A DNA stretch of 64,000 bases from a virus (IMGVR_UViG_3300028591_000158:1-64000), one strand, 5' to 3'. Shown: positions 14,368 to 28,133, numbered from the stretch's first letter. The notes: generated from the letters alone by a model not told the origin. A program made the numbers and translations.

Positions 14368-16614
14368 ATGAGTTTTGATTTCTCTAGTGTTAAAGGAATA
14401 AAAATACCAGTAGATGGTGTTTTAAAGGATGTGAAACAAATTCAAGATAGTAATGGAACTGTTATTTGAAAAGGAAGTTGGACATATACTATTAATATAG
14501 GTGATTATGTTTCAACAGTAAGATATAAAATAGGCAGTGAAAATTGGACAACAATTTCTGCTAACACAACTTTAGAAATTGATAGTGGCTTGACTTTATA
14601 TATTCAAGCCCTATCTTATGAGACAGATACTGCAGAATGAGATTATACTTTATATAATGGAGATATATCAAGAACAGAAGCAAATGATGGTGGTTCTGCA
14701 ACAGTATATCAAACAAGACAAAAACAAACATATGAAGTTACAATCAATGGAACACATTGCTCTGCAGACAAGTCAAGTGGTACTTATGAATACGGAACAG
14801 TTATTACTTGGACTGGTGAAAGTGGAACAGACTATAAATATGGTTTCATTTCTAATCCTACTTGATCAGACAGTTATGCAACAACTACCGCAATAATAAC
14901 TGGTACTGGAACATATAGTGAAACTGCTTCTTACCTATATTATAATGTAACAATCACATTAAACGAAGGAACTGCTTCTTCAAATTATAGTTCTGGCTAT
15001 TTATTAAATAATACTGGAGTTACCTTTACTGCTAATGATAATACTGATGATACTAGATATTCATATTCAGTTACAACATCTACAACACATACTTCAGCTA
15101 CTACTAATGTATCAAGTGCAGGACAAGATATTCAAAGTGGAACTGTTTTTACTTGGTATCACATTACAGCTGAATATAATGAAGGAACTAAAGTAAAATT
15201 AGGTAAAGGTTGGTATCGTTCAGGTAGAGAAATTATGACTATATGAGAAGTTACAGATGCTAATTTATACACATTTGATTCAAATCAAACTACAAGTGTA
15301 ACTACTGCTTCTACTTCTTATGTGGTAGACGGACCTAAAATAATACCAGCACAACCAGTTTATCAAAGACTATTTGTTGCAACTTTAAACTCAACATATG
15401 GTCATTGGGAAAATTCTGGTGGTATAACTATAAGTAGTGCTACAGCTCCTTATAATACTTCTTGTTCGACAAATAGTAATATATTAACTATTGGTTCGAA
15501 TGCTTATACTTTTGTAATTAATCAAGACGACGACCAGTATAGTTATAGTTTTGGTTCAATAAACAATGTACCAAATACTATAACAAGTGCTGTTACTATC
15601 ACAGGAGTTGCTATTGCAACTCCTAGATATACAATTACAGTGCCAGCAATGGCAGGTTTAATATCTGCAAATCAAATTTTATTAAATGGTGTTGTTATGT
15701 TCTCAGGCGGTGACTCAGCAACTACATTTAAGGCTAAAGAGGGTGACACCTTAACTGTTAAAATTCGTAATGGTCACTACCAGGATAGCACTGAAGTACC
15801 ACTAAGCATTTCAACCGATAGATATTCTAAGTCAGGAACTCCTGGTGGTAGCACAAATTCACAATGGTCAACAGCTTGGCTTAATCCTAATACCTGATTC
15901 ACTAAAACTGGTGTTTATATAGATAATAGGGTAGGTGATAACTTATATAGACCAATAAAAATTTACAGAAATAACTCATTAGTTTATACAGTTGATGGTC
16001 CTAGCCGAGCGACATATACTCACTGGGATTTAGCAGACTGAGGAGCTTCATATAATTACTACTTAAAAGCACCTACATACTATACTAAGACTTATTATCA
16101 ATATGGCGCTAATATTGGTAATGGTTGAAATTATAATACAGATGACTGTTGTAATCCATCAATAGTTGAAGTTAACAACACAATTACTTCTGATATTACA
16201 GTACAGTGAGGTAAAATATTACAATCAGGTATTTATACTGGTGGTGGCCTAGAAACAACATCATCAACTGCTTATGTTACAGCATACGGTCAGTTATCTG
16301 TATCAGCATCCGGTGATGCTTCAACATGAAATAAATCAGAGCTTCTTACTATAAGAAATACATCTGCATCAGACTCAAATCTTGCTTGGCCTCTTATACA
16401 AAGACCTAACTATAATGCTGGCCAGTGGTATAGGATAGATAAGGCTATGCATAGGATATATCCAGGTAACTATACAACAAAGTATGTTAATCGTTATGAT
16501 ATAAAGGCATCTGATGGCTATTGGGCTTATGTAAGATTAGCGCCTGTTATAAATTATACTTATAAACCATCAGCTGCAGCTAGTGTATTTATTGATAAAG
16601 GTAATTGGTCATAA
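14368..16614 (+). CDS. Putative receptor-binding/tail tip protein, 748 aa, nine TGA=Trp
   Basis: AGGAGG RBS; single frame open for 2.2 kb if TGA=Trp; Thr/Ser/Tyr-rich beta-strand composition. Confidence 0.7.
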
Positions 16615-16640
16615 TAAATTGGTAAAAGAAAGGAACTTTT

Positions 16641-17588
16641 ATGGAAAAAACAAATTTATTATGCTTTTGTTTACCTACCTGTAGTGTAGATGATATGTTT
16701 AACTATTTACTTCCTTCCTTAAAAAATATAGGGAAATTGAAAGAATATTGTAGTTTTAGTATTACTTTTCAATTTCCTTATTCTGAGGAAGAAATACAAG
16801 AAGTATTAAATGAATTTAATAATTTAAATTTAGAATATAAATATGAATTTAAAGAATATAAGTTTAATAAAGGTGAAACACCTTTAATTCAAATGAGAAA
16901 TGATTGTGCTTTAAGATATCCAGAAGCATTATTTTATGCTTTATTAGATGATGATATGGAATTTTTAGAAGGTATTGATAAACAATATTTAAATTTAATT
17001 GAGTTAATGCTTGAAAATAGAAATTTATCAGTTGCAAATCTATTTCCTTATGATGATAACCAGCCAGATATAGATTCTGGAATAACTTATAATGATTTTG
17101 AAAATGCTAAGTATTTTACTTCATCTGGAATTATCTATAGAGGTGGAATCTATTATGGATTTAAAGGTTTACTTCCTGAAGATATGTTAGGTTACGTCGG
17201 TGGTAGACAAGATGTTTTAACTGCAATTTGAAGAATATTACAAGGTGATTCATCAATTAAACTAGATAATGGTCATTGTAGACATTATGAAAATAGGGTA
17301 ACACCTGGACATACTGAATATAACTGGTTAAAATCTAATTTTGAAATTCCAACTTGTACATCTTGGCTAGAATCTCAAGGTTATATAGCTCATATATTAC
17401 ATTTCTTTAAAAAAGAAAATCAATTTTATAATAATTTCTCAAAAAGAAAATGTGAGGAATTATATGAAAAAGGTTGTAATTCTTCTCAAACAGATTATAT
17501 AGAAAGATTAAGATATAACTTATATGATTTAGATAAAGTTATTCCTTTAATAAATTCTTATTTAGAGAAGGAGGAAGTAGCTTGTTAG
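16641..17588 (+). CDS. Glycosyltransferase GT-A (paralogue of the 22691 gene), 315 aa, one TGA
   Basis: LPTC..., PLIQMRNDCA, YALLDDDMEF (DxD), GIIYRGGIYYGFKGLLP. Confidence 0.65.
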
Positions 17589-17878
17589 ATAATATTATAG
17601 AGATAAATAATCAAAAGTATAGAATAAATCGTTTTTATAAAGACAATGATTTATGTTTTGATTTTGCAGAGTGTTATAAATTAATTAATGAAAATCTTGA
17701 AATTAGAATTGGAATTGCCTTTTATGATAATATATTTAAAATTGTTAGATGTAAAATAGATTATTATGAACTACTTAATAATTATTATATAGATATTGAT
17801 AAGGAAAAAGAAGACTTTACAAAAGTATTAAATATAGTAAAAAAAGAAATGTTAGAATATAATAATAAAGAAGAATAG
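17582..17878 (+). CDS. Hypothetical protein, 98 aa
   Basis: AAGGAGG RBS before TTG start. Confidence 0.55.
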   Translation: MLDNIIEINNQKYRINRFYKDNDLCFDFAECYKLINENLEIRIGIAFYDNIFKIVRCKIDYYELLNNYYIDIDKEKEDFTKVLNIVKKEMLEYNNKEE

Positions 17879-17898
17879 AAGCAAAATCTATTCTTTTT
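17871..17898 (+). terminator. Intrinsic terminator
   Basis: AAGAATAGA / TCTATTCTT hairpin plus T-tract. Confidence 0.6.
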
Positions 17899-17945
17899 AT
17901 TTTCCTAAAAATTGTATATTATATATAGTACTGCGAGGTGGTTTT

Positions 17946-18812
17946 ATGGCTAAAAGTTATATTTACTTAGATATAAATACTGAAGAAGGTAAATTTAAAA
18001 ACTTAAAAACAAATGAAATTTTAAGTGATCATTTAGCATTAAAATATTATGAAGAGCCAGATAATTTAATTATTGAAGATATAAATGATTATATTGTAGT
18101 AAATGGTGAAAAAACATTAAAGGTAACTGATGCTATAAAATGGAATGAAAGACCTTATTTTGCTTTTATAAAAACTAATGAAAATAAAGTTATTAGAATA
18201 GATAGATTTTCATTAGTTGGTTCTGATGATTTTTTCTCAGTGATAATTAATAAAGAATTAGCAGAGTTATTAAATAGTAATTTAGATAAAATTTATGTTA
18301 GAAGAGATCTAGAATTTATTTCATTATTTGTAGAAGGCAATAATTTTCCAGATGATAGATTTATATTTTATATTGATTCTAATGATAAAGAAGTTAAAAG
18401 TAAGATTAATGAAATTCGTTTAAAAACTTTAAGAAATAATATAAATAATGTAAAAGAATTTAATATATCTAATGGTATAATGTTTTCAGCTAATAATGAT
18501 TTGATTCAAGTATTATATACTGAAAAAGATAAATATTATATAAATAATCCATATATTCAAATGGGTATTGTAGTTTTAGATAATAATGGAGCTGAAATAC
18601 AATTAAGATATTATGAATATTTAAGATTAAAAAAAGAATTAGAGCAAATGGAATTATATAATAATATTTATGCAAAGTGTTTATATAATTATTTAGAAAA
18701 AAATGTAGATAATATTGATTTAGATAAAGATTATATTTACTATGGATATATGAATGATGAAATTTTAGAAAAGGTAAAAGAGGAGATGAGTAATTATGAA
18801 ATATTTAAATAA
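17946..18812 (+). CDS. Hypothetical protein, 288 aa
   Basis: GAGGTGG RBS; TTGTATATTA motif upstream at 17912. Confidence 0.6.
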   Translation: MAKSYIYLDINTEEGKFKNLKTNEILSDHLALKYYEEPDNLIIEDINDYIVVNGEKTLKVTDAIKWNERPYFAFIKTNENKVIRIDRFSLVGSDDFFSVIINKELAELLNSNLDKIYVRRDLEFISLFVEGNNFPDDRFIFYIDSNDKEVKSKINEIRLKTLRNNINNVKEFNISNGIMFSANNDLIQVLYTEKDKYYINNPYIQMGIVVLDNNGAEIQLRYYEYLRLKKELEQMELYNNIYAKCLYNYLEKNVDNIDLDKDYIYYGYMNDEILEKVKEEMSNYEIFK

Positions 18813-19482
18813 TGAAAATGAACAATATGTTTTATCTTTTTTAAATGAGAAGTCAAATATATTAAATACTGTTTTTGATTATAAAACAAAGATATCTGTT
18901 AATGAAAATATAGCTATTATAACTAATTTAAAGCCTGATACGCTATTTATTAAGCAGTTAGTATATAATAATATCCATTATTATTTAATTAGCAATATAG
19001 AGGAAATTTCAAGGTGTTTAAAAGAGATTAAAGAAAATTATATTTTAACTGTTTTTAATACTGATGCCTTAATAGTAAAAGATCTAGATGTTGATTTTAT
19101 TACAAAGTTTGATAAATTAAATATTAATTATTTATTTGCAAGTACTGAGGCTTGTTATCCACTTCCAATAGAATTAAATAATATAAGAATTTCTTTAACT
19201 CCATCTATGAATAAATATACTAATTGTTATTTATGTCTTGGTTATAAAGAATTTATAGCAGGTATTTATAAATCAATTATGGATAATAACTTACATTTTG
19301 GAAATAAATTTATGGATTATCATAAGAATCTTATTTATGGCAGTTTTAAAAATTATACTATAGATTTTTATAATATGTTTTTTACAACAATTATTCCACA
19401 GGTAAATAAAATTAAACAAAAAGATAATATTAGATATATCATTAGAAGTAATGATTTTAATATTCCTAATTTAATTATTTAG
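18796..19482 (+). CDS. Degenerate PLOD-type glycosyltransferase-domain protein, 228 aa
   Basis: NTDALIV..FITKFDKLNINYLFASTEACYP resembles the PLOD GT segment (D..DV....F..KF......vvF.AE..C.P); paralogous to the 37967 gene. Confidence 0.45.
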   Translation: MKYLNNENEQYVLSFLNEKSNILNTVFDYKTKISVNENIAIITNLKPDTLFIKQLVYNNIHYYLISNIEEISRCLKEIKENYILTVFNTDALIVKDLDVDFITKFDKLNINYLFASTEACYPLPIELNNIRISLTPSMNKYTNCYLCLGYKEFIAGIYKSIMDNNLHFGNKFMDYHKNLIYGSFKNYTIDFYNMFFTTIIPQVNKIKQKDNIRYIIRSNDFNIPNLII

Positions 19483-19494
19483 GAGGTAAGTATA

Positions 19495-20583
19495 GTGTTT
19501 GAAGGTTATCCAATTATAACAAATTTTAATTTTAATAATATCAAAGATTTTGAAGGTCCGGACTTAACATATACTGGTTTTAGAAAGTATGGATTTAAAA
19601 GAGAAAATGATTATATTAAATTCTACACTAATTTTATAGCTTGCCCTTGTATTTACTATATTCAAAAAAATGATAAGTTTGCATTTAGTTTTGATTATAG
19701 ATTAGTAGTTAATTTTTGTAAAGAAAATAATATTGAATTAACAGATAATTATGAAAATTTAAATCAAATAAATGATAATTTAAAAGAGCATATTAAATGC
19801 AGTATTAAAGATACTTATAAATATAATTTGAATTATATTGAAGGTTGGAAAGAAGTAAAATTATTTGATAATGGACAATTAGAAATTGAAAAATATAAGT
19901 TAGATCTATTTACTTTTGATATAAAAGACAATTATTATAAGCTAAAATATTTACTACTAAAATATAAAAAAGCAATCAAGAACTTAGTTGACAAGAAACT
20001 ATTTATTCCAACTATTACAGCAGGATTAGACACAAGAGGATTAAGTGGTTTATGGAAAGATTATGTTAATGATTTACCTGGTTATTTTTTAAAAGCAATT
20101 AAAAATGATAATAAAAATCATGTAGAACAAGGTCAAGCTGAAATTAAAATAGCAGATCAAGTTGCAAAAGTATTAAATTTACCAGCTAATAGATTTGAAG
20201 TAATAGATGATGAGATTTGCACATTAACAGGAATTTTAAATGAGAATTCTATTGCTTATCAAAATCCAAATGATCCTGATTATGTGTATAAATTTATTCA
20301 ACATAGCTGGGGTAAAAATTATTATCCAAATAAACTTGTGCCATTTATTGATGATGATTATTTAATATTTAAGCAAGAAGGCGAATTATTTAGAACTTTA
20401 CTTGTTTGTTTATTAGCTAAGGATTTAATTCATTTACCATTCTTAAGTGGTTCAACAATGTTCTTAATTTATCCTAATGGAAGACAAATGTGGCCTGAGG
20501 CAGATTTCTGGCTTAATAAGGTTGCAGAAATATTTGAATTTTGGGGTCAAGATAAGGTAGATAATATTTTAAAGGAGAATTAA
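19495..20583 (+). CDS. Asparagine-synthetase-like adenine nucleotide alpha hydrolase (copy 1), 362 aa
   Basis: PP-loop variant ITAGLDTR; Ntn-like N-terminal region; C-terminal VPFIDDD. Confidence 0.55.
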   Translation: MFEGYPIITNFNFNNIKDFEGPDLTYTGFRKYGFKRENDYIKFYTNFIACPCIYYIQKNDKFAFSFDYRLVVNFCKENNIELTDNYENLNQINDNLKEHIKCSIKDTYKYNLNYIEGWKEVKLFDNGQLEIEKYKLDLFTFDIKDNYYKLKYLLLKYKKAIKNLVDKKLFIPTITAGLDTRGLSGLWKDYVNDLPGYFLKAIKNDNKNHVEQGQAEIKIADQVAKVLNLPANRFEVIDDEICTLTGILNENSIAYQNPNDPDYVYKFIQHSWGKNYYPNKLVPFIDDDYLIFKQEGELFRTLLVCLLAKDLIHLPFLSGSTMFLIYPNGRQMWPEADFWLNKVAEIFEFWGQDKVDNILKEN

Positions 20584-20588
20584 TCTTT

Positions 20589-21527
20589 ATGAAATATAAT
20601 ATAAGGTTGGATATTTGCACACTATGTAATTTAAATTGTCCTGCTTGTAGTATGAGAAAAACTAGTAATCCGCCAAATGGCTTAGGTTATTTAAAATTTG
20701 AAGATTTTAAAAAATTTATTGATCGAGATGGAGATAAAATTAAATATATTGAGATTTCTAATTTTGGTGAGCCTTTTTTAAATCCAGATGCTATTAAAAT
20801 ACTAGAATATGCGCATAGTCATAATATTGAGCTTGATTGTGGAAATGGAACAAATTTAAATATTAATAATGATAATATTTTAAAAGCTATTGTAGATAAT
20901 CAAGTTAGAACATTAACTGTTTCTTGTGATGGTGTTACTCAAGAAGCCTATGAAAAATACAGAGTTAATGGTAGGGTAGAATTAGTTTTTAATAATATTA
21001 AAAAATTAGTTGCTTATAAAAAAGAAAAGAATTCAAAATATCCTATTATTAATTGGCAGTATATATTAAGAGAATCTACTGAAGATGAAGTTGAAATGGC
21101 TTTTGCTAAAGCGAAAGAATTAGAAGTAGATAATTTATTTTTTAAATTAACTTGGGAAAAAAGTTATGTTCCAAAAGATCCTGAAAGATTAAAAGATTTA
21201 ACTGGACTTCAGGCTCTTACAAGAAATGAATTTAAAGAAAAAACAGGTAAACTATATAAGATGGAAAGATGCAAACAATTATTTGACTGCCCGACAATAA
21301 ATTGGAATGGTGAATTGTTAGGCTGTTGCTCCAACAAGCACACATTTGGAGTTAATGTTTTTGAAGTTGGTTTAGAAAATGCTTTAAATTTTTCAACATT
21401 TATGGATTCAAAAAATTGAGTTTTAAATATGTCTACTGATTTAGATAATAATAATCCTTGTGCAAATTGTAAGCAGTATAAAAAAATAAAAGATTTTTTA
21501 CAACCTAACACTATTATCAAAAAATAA
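20589..21527 (+). CDS. Radical SAM/SPASM protein, family A copy 1, 312 aa, one TGA
   Basis: CNLNCPAC, NFGEPFLNP, SCDGVTQEAY, INWNGELLGCC, C-terminal CANC. Confidence 0.85.
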
Positions 21528-21537
21528 GGAGTAAAAT

Positions 21538-22671
21538 ATGCAAATTGATTATGATAAACTTAATAAAGTTAATAATCAAAGCAATAGAAAAATAAGATTC
21601 ATTACCATATTTTCATTAGATCTAGAAGATCATTTTTCACAACCTTTACATCAAATGTGTCTTGATAGTTGATATGAATGAAAAAATAATAATAAACAAA
21701 TAAAAAATATTATTATTTTTAATGAAGATAGTCAAGAATATAAAGATTTTTTAACTATATTTTTAAGTAACCCTTATAATAGAACTAACACAATACCGCG
21801 TAGATTGGCAAATGGGTTTAGAATGTACATTTTATCTAAATATAAAAATTATCTATGATTAGATAGTGATATGTATATAAACGACGTTAATTTTGAATGA
21901 AAAGCTGACATGTTATTTAGTGGTATATCTTGAAATATAGCTTTTAATGGTGATCAATTAGACTTTTTCAAGGATATTTTTAATTTATTTTTAACTGAAA
22001 ATTTAGGAACTTTAATTGATTGAGAAATTAGTTTAAAATACAATTTACCATTTATATCATTTAATAAATTATTACACAATAATTGTTTTACTCATCTTTC
22101 CAAGTTTGATTTAGGACGTAGATGTTTTAGTATAAGTTATAATGAAAATAATTCTAAAGAGATTATAAAATGTTATAATAATATAAAAAAAGCAGAAAAT
22201 GAATACTATGAACATTTTAATTCTGATAAATCATGATACTTTAAATTTATTTATTATAAAATGCGTAACTTAATTAAACATATAAGTTTTATAACATCGG
22301 TTGTCCTAGAAAATTATGATAATTTTTATTTACGTTATATGCCAGATGACTTAAAAAACAAACTAAGGTTATTACAAATAAAATATCCTGATAAATACCA
22401 ATATAAATTAGAATATTTAAATTCAGAATTATCCTGAATAAATAGAAACATTAATACTATTAATTTTTTAGGTAATATGCTAGATAATAGGCAAGATATG
22501 TCTGATGATAGTATTATTTATAATTTTTTAAAATACATTAATTCACCATTAGCAAATCTCTTAGAAAATAAATATATTACAATTTCTGAAACAAAATATA
22601 TTTTAAATGTGGGAGAGCTTACAGGTGAAGAATTAATAACAAAACTTACTATATTTTTTATAGATAATTAA
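21538..22671 (+). CDS. Glycosyltransferase, GT32/capsular-synthesis-like, 377 aa, eight TGA=Trp
   Basis: MCLDS(W), ANGFRMYILSKYKNYL(W)LDSD (DxD motif); almost absent from the ORF track. Confidence 0.6.
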
Positions 22672-22690
22672 AAAGAAAGGAGATTTAAAC

Positions 22691-23731
22691 ATGAAATTAA
22701 CATACATATTGCCTACATGTGAACCTGATTCAATGTTTAAATTCCTTTTACCGACTATTTACTTACTAAAACCAATAAAACACTTATTAGAATTTAATAT
22801 ATGTTTTCAACCGCCCTATACTAAAAATGATATTAAAAAAGTATTAGATGAATTTAAAAAATGTCACATAAAAGTTAATTATATGTTTAAAGATTATAAA
22901 GTTGTAAAACCTTATACTCCTTTAATTAAAATGAGAAATGATTGTGCTATGATGAGCCCTAATTCAGATATATATGGATTAATTGATGATGATATGTCTT
23001 TTGAAGACAAATCTATTTGTGGTTATATAAGAGATATGATTAATAGATTTGAAACTGAGTCTAGCTTAGCAGCTATATCTTTTTATAATCAACCTGAAAT
23101 GAATTATAGAGAAAATTTTTATTCAACTAATGCAGGTTTATTTTATAGGGGCGGTAAATACTATGGTTTTAAAGGCTTACTGCCAAAATATATAACTGAA
23201 TTTAATAAAAAAGTTAATTTAAAAGTTCCTTATAATAATGAAAACTTATTACGGTTGTTTGGCGGGCATCAAGATAAATTTTGTGCTATGACCAGACTTG
23301 CAACAGGTGATTATGGAGATTGTATAATTAATGTACCAGTAAATCACTTAGAAAATAGAATTGCTCGTGGCGATAAAGCACATGGCTGAAAAGATGCTGA
23401 AATTTTAGAAGGATCAATAGCAAGCTTTATTGTAAAATATTTTAATAGTAGATTTATGGAAACACATGCTTTAACTTTATTTGATAAAGAAGAAGATGAA
23501 TTAATTTATCCTTATAAATATGAAAATCATATTTTAAAAGAAGAGTATGATTTATATGATGATAGGGGTATTATTAAAGATTGGTTTAGCTCATTTAATA
23601 TTAATTGAAAAGATAAAAGATTTATTAATAAATATAATTATTTAGAAAATATTGGTTTATTAGTTGAGCTACCAAAAGATCTTCAAGAGTTATTAGCTAA
23701 TAAAGTAAATGAAATTTATAGTAAAGAGTAG
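22691..23731 (+). CDS. Glycosyltransferase GT-A (paralogue of the 16641 gene), 346 aa, two TGA
   Basis: LPTCEPD, PLIKMRNDCA, YGLIDDDMSF, FYRGGKYYGFKGLLP. Confidence 0.65.
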
Positions 23732-23739
23732 GAGTTATT

Positions 23740-24942
23740 ATGATTGTAAATAGAGAGTATGATATATTTCTAATAACTAAAGATAACTGAAGAGAGCAAG
23801 AAAATTTATTTTTTGGATATAAGACAGTTGATAATGAAGGTATGTGATTAGATGTTAAAAATATAAAAAATAAATTAATTATTACTGGAAGTTATATTCA
23901 ACCTGCTATTGCTATCTATAATCAAAATAATTTCTGAGCAATTTCAAATAGTTGTAAGGTATTGGTAGATTATTTAACTGAAAATAATTACACTTTAACT
24001 AATAATGATGAATATATAGAACAAGATTTAGGCTTAGATGGATATGCTTTTAATTATCCTGAAATAAGTACTAAATGAAAAGAAATAAATTTAAATCCTA
24101 ATTTTTCTCATATAGAAATCAGTAATGATAGTTTATATGTAATAGAAGAAAAAGATAAAGAAAATTTATTGTTTAGCAAAGATTTAAAAGATGGCAAAGA
24201 AATAATAGATGAATGATTTAAAAAGTATTATTTTTATATATTTAAGGAATCAAGTAAAGATAATACTTATATAACTGCCTCAGTTTCTGGAGGCTTAGAT
24301 AGTAGATTCTTAATTAATTTTTGAAAGAATGCTAAGATAAATAAAATTGTTTCTAAATGAGCTAAAAATGATACTGAGACAGGAAATCGAAGATATATTG
24401 ACGGTCTAATTGCTAGGCTAGTAATATCAACTTATACTTCACATAAAAGTAAAATAAATGCTAAACTTAGAACTGTTAATTTAGGAAAAACTACTATTCC
24501 AGAAATAGAGGATGAATTATTTTGGTATGGTATTGCTTATAAACCTAATGAACAAATAACCATCAAGAAGGTAGATAAAAATTCAAATATAAAAACAACA
24601 ATTTTGAGCCTTTCGGGTGTTGGCACTGAATGATTAAAAGCTGGTGCGGGTTGTAAAGATCCTAATTTTATTCTAGGTACAGCTAGAAGATTTTTTATTT
24701 CAAAATTTATTAAGGGATATTATTTAGGTAAATTGGCAACAATATTGCCTTACTTGGATTCAAGTTTATTACAACTAAGAGGTGTTGAAGATAATAGTTT
24801 TCTTTACTTATTATATTTGTTATATAGCCCAGAAATGTTAGAAATTCCATTCTATAATAATACTCAAATATATGTGCCAATAGAAGCAGAATTGGAAAAA
24901 GCAAGGCTAATTTTAAGGGAGTGGAATAATGAAGGTATATAA
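23740..24942 (+). CDS. Asparagine-synthetase-like protein (copy 2), 400 aa, eight TGA=Trp
   Basis: SVSGGLDSR PP-loop; FFGYKTVDNEGM(W), F(W)AISNS; LPYLDSSLL. Confidence 0.7.
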
Positions 24943-26077
24943 TGATATATTTTTTGTAATAGATACTAATAATTATAATGAAAATAAAAAAGATCTATTC
25001 TTTGGATATAAAACAGTAGAAAATGAAGGATTTTGATTGGCTGTAAAACATAGGCTAAGCAAAATTCATATTTATACTAGTTATATTTCACCAGTTATAA
25101 TAATATATAAGAAAGATGATTATTGGGCTATAAGTAATAGTTGTTATTATTTAAATGAATTTTTAAAAGAAAAAGGAATTATTTTAGAAATTAATGAAAA
25201 ATTTTTAGATTTAGAATCTAAGAAAAAAACTTCATTCAGCTATGAATACTATAATGACATTTTATTATATAAAGATTTATTTATAAATAATAATGATGAA
25301 GAGATTGATATTATAAATGGTAAATTAACTTTAACAAAAAAAGATTTTAAATTATTTGAAAAAGATATTAATTTAAACTTAGATATATTAAATAAGTGGT
25401 ATGAAAAATATTACAATTATTTATTAAATAAAGATAATGTTACTTTATCATTATCTGGCGGTTTAGGCAGTAGATTTTTATGGTATAATTTTTTAAGACA
25501 AAATAATAGCTGCAAATTATATTGCTATAATAATAAATCAAATGTAACAGATTATTTAGACGGAAAATTAGCTAAGGAATTGATTAAGAAATATACTGAT
25601 AAAAATTTACTAACTGTAGATAAAGAGCCTAACAGAAATGTAAAAACATTAGATTGTATAAATAACTTAGATATGAAAGAATTGAATCAATTTATTCTTG
25701 GTATCTCTTATAATCCAATGCTTTTAGTTAAGACTGAATGACTAAGAGTTGTAGGTACAGGTTCAAATATATTTAGGTATGAATTTCAAGACTTAAATTT
25801 TTTAAATGGAAATATCAGAAGAAACTGAGTAGCTTCATTTATTGCAAAACATTATTTAATTAATTGTGATCATATTACTCCATATATGGATTCTCTGCTA
25901 TTACAATTAGATACAAAAGAACCTGACTATTTACATGTTATTTTATATTCATTATTTGCTAAAAGCTTATTAACTGATAATATACCATTTATTACTAAAA
26001 ACAAAGTAGGTGAATATAAATTTCAAGAGTTTAGAAAAGAATTATTTGAAAGATTTTCAAAAATAACTAATTTTTAA
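24929..26077 (+). CDS. Asparagine-synthetase-like protein (copy 3), 382 aa, three TGA
   Basis: FFGYKTVENEGF(W), YWAISNS, SLSGGLGSR (Asp-to-Gly in the PP-loop), TPYMDSLLL. Confidence 0.65.
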
Positions 26078-26087
26078 GAGGTAATTT

Positions 26088-27107
26088 ATGGCAATAGAAT
26101 TTTATAAAATGAATAACATACTTTCAATTGAGCCTACTAAAGATTATTTTATGATATGCTGACATATGACAGGCTGATGTAACTATCATTGCCATTATTG
26201 CATTGCAGAGCATTTGAGAACTAAGTGAATTGATGAAAATGTTATAATAAAAAGAGCAATTAATTTAAATAATTTTATAAATAAAAATATTGATAAAAAT
26301 AGAAAAATTGTTTATAAGCTATCTGGGGGGGAAGTTACATATTATAACCTTCCTAAAATATTAGATAATATTCAAAGATTAGATAAAGTTATTGTTGCAA
26401 CCAACTTATCTCAAAAGCTAGATTATTATTATGAGTTAGAAGATTATTGTTTTAAAAGAAATATTCAATTAGTTTTATTATGTAGTTGGCATGATGAAAA
26501 TAAAAATTTTGAAAATAAATTTATTGAATTAACAAATTGATGTCGAAGTAAGCCAAAGCAAAAATTTAATTATAAAGATCCGCAAGCCACAATTGTTGTT
26601 ACAAAAAATTTTGATAAGACTAAGCTAAATAAGTTATTAGATAATAATTTATGAAGGATAAGGCTAACTAGAGAACGTGATGCAAATCAAAAAAATGTTA
26701 GCTTAAGTAATGAAATGCTAGACTATGTATATGAGTATAATAGATTGTATGATAGTAAAGCTATAACAAATGAAAAAAGCTTTTGTTACAAAGTTACTTA
26801 TTCAAATGGAGAGCAAAAGTTTGCTTGCGCCTCCAATTTAACAAATTTTTTAGATTCCTCTGGTTTTATTCCAGATGGGTACTATTGCACGGCAGGTATT
26901 GACTCTATTGCAGTTCTTCCAAATGGAAATATTTCATTAGCAAGATGTGATTATTTAATTAATAATATCTTAGGGTCTATTGATAACTATGAAAATATTC
27001 AACTCCCAAAAGATGGCATAATATGTCACCTAAATGGTAACAGTTCTGAAAAAAATAAAAGATGTGATTTATGTGCAGGTACTAGACTATTCAAAAATAG
27101 GAGTTAA
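26088..27107 (+). CDS. Radical SAM protein, family B copy 1, 339 aa, five TGA
   Basis: IC(W)HMTG(W)CNYHCHYC, LSGGEVT, ATNLSQ, CTAGIDSIAVLPNGNI. Confidence 0.85.
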
Positions 27108-27113
27108 ACTTTT

Positions 27114-28133
27114 ATGAGACTATATAAGAATAATGACATATTAGAAATAACTAATAAGACTAATTTTTTTAATATAACTTGGTATATAACAGGGTGGTGT
27201 AATTATCACTGTCCTTATTGTATAAATAGTAATATGAAATGTAGTTGAATAAGTGAAGAAATTATTCTTAATAGAGCCGAGAAATTAAATAACTTAATTA
27301 ACGCCTTAAATATAGATAAACCAATATCTTTAAAATTACTTGGGGGTGAGGTAACCTACTATGATTTAATTGCAGTCTTAGATAAGATTAAAAAGCTTGC
27401 AAAAATTATATTAATAACTAATTTATCTCAGCCAATTAGTTACTTTATTAATCTTGCTAGATACTTAGACTCAAGAGAAATAAAATTTATTTTAATTTGT
27501 AGTAAACATGAAGAAAATAATGAGTTTGATTCTAAATTTATAGCTTTAAATGATGAGCTAAAAAAGTTAAGAAAAGAAACAAACAGGAAATTTGCTTATT
27601 TTGAACCTCAGCTAAATATAGTGGTTGATAATAATTTTAATTGGAAGAGTCTCAGACTTTTTGAAGATGCTGGAATTAAAAAGATAAATCCTACTGTTAT
27701 GAGAGATTTAAATGAAAAAAATTTAGATGTAACTATGGATACTTTACAGCATATAGACTATTATAAGCAAATACAGCTTGATTATTTTAAGCATAGTAAA
27801 GATACTAGTAAAGGTAATAAAGAGATAAATTATTCCTTTGATGTTAAGTTTAATACTAATACAGAAGAATTTACTTCATTACTTAATTTAACTAATTTTA
27901 TTGATGCTAATGGATTTATTGGTACTGGCTATAATTGCTCATGTGGTATTAATACTCTTGCCATTTTACCAAATGGTAATATAGTAAAATCTAACTGTTT
28001 ATATTTAGCTGATAAACCACTTGGAAATATCGATGATAATATTGACATAAAGCTAGATAATGAATTAGTTAAATGTAAACTTAAGCCAGAGCAGCGCTGT
28101 ATCCTAGTAAGTGGAGCAAATATCTGTAAATAG
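27114..28133 (+). CDS. Radical SAM protein, family B copy 2, 339 aa, one TGA
   Basis: ITWYITGWCNYHCPYC, LLGGEVT, ITNLSQ, CSCGINTLAILPNGNI. Confidence 0.85.

Noticed and set aside
15900-16614. Diversity-generating retroelement variable region at the fibre C-terminus
   Set aside because: No template repeat or reverse transcriptase in the window.
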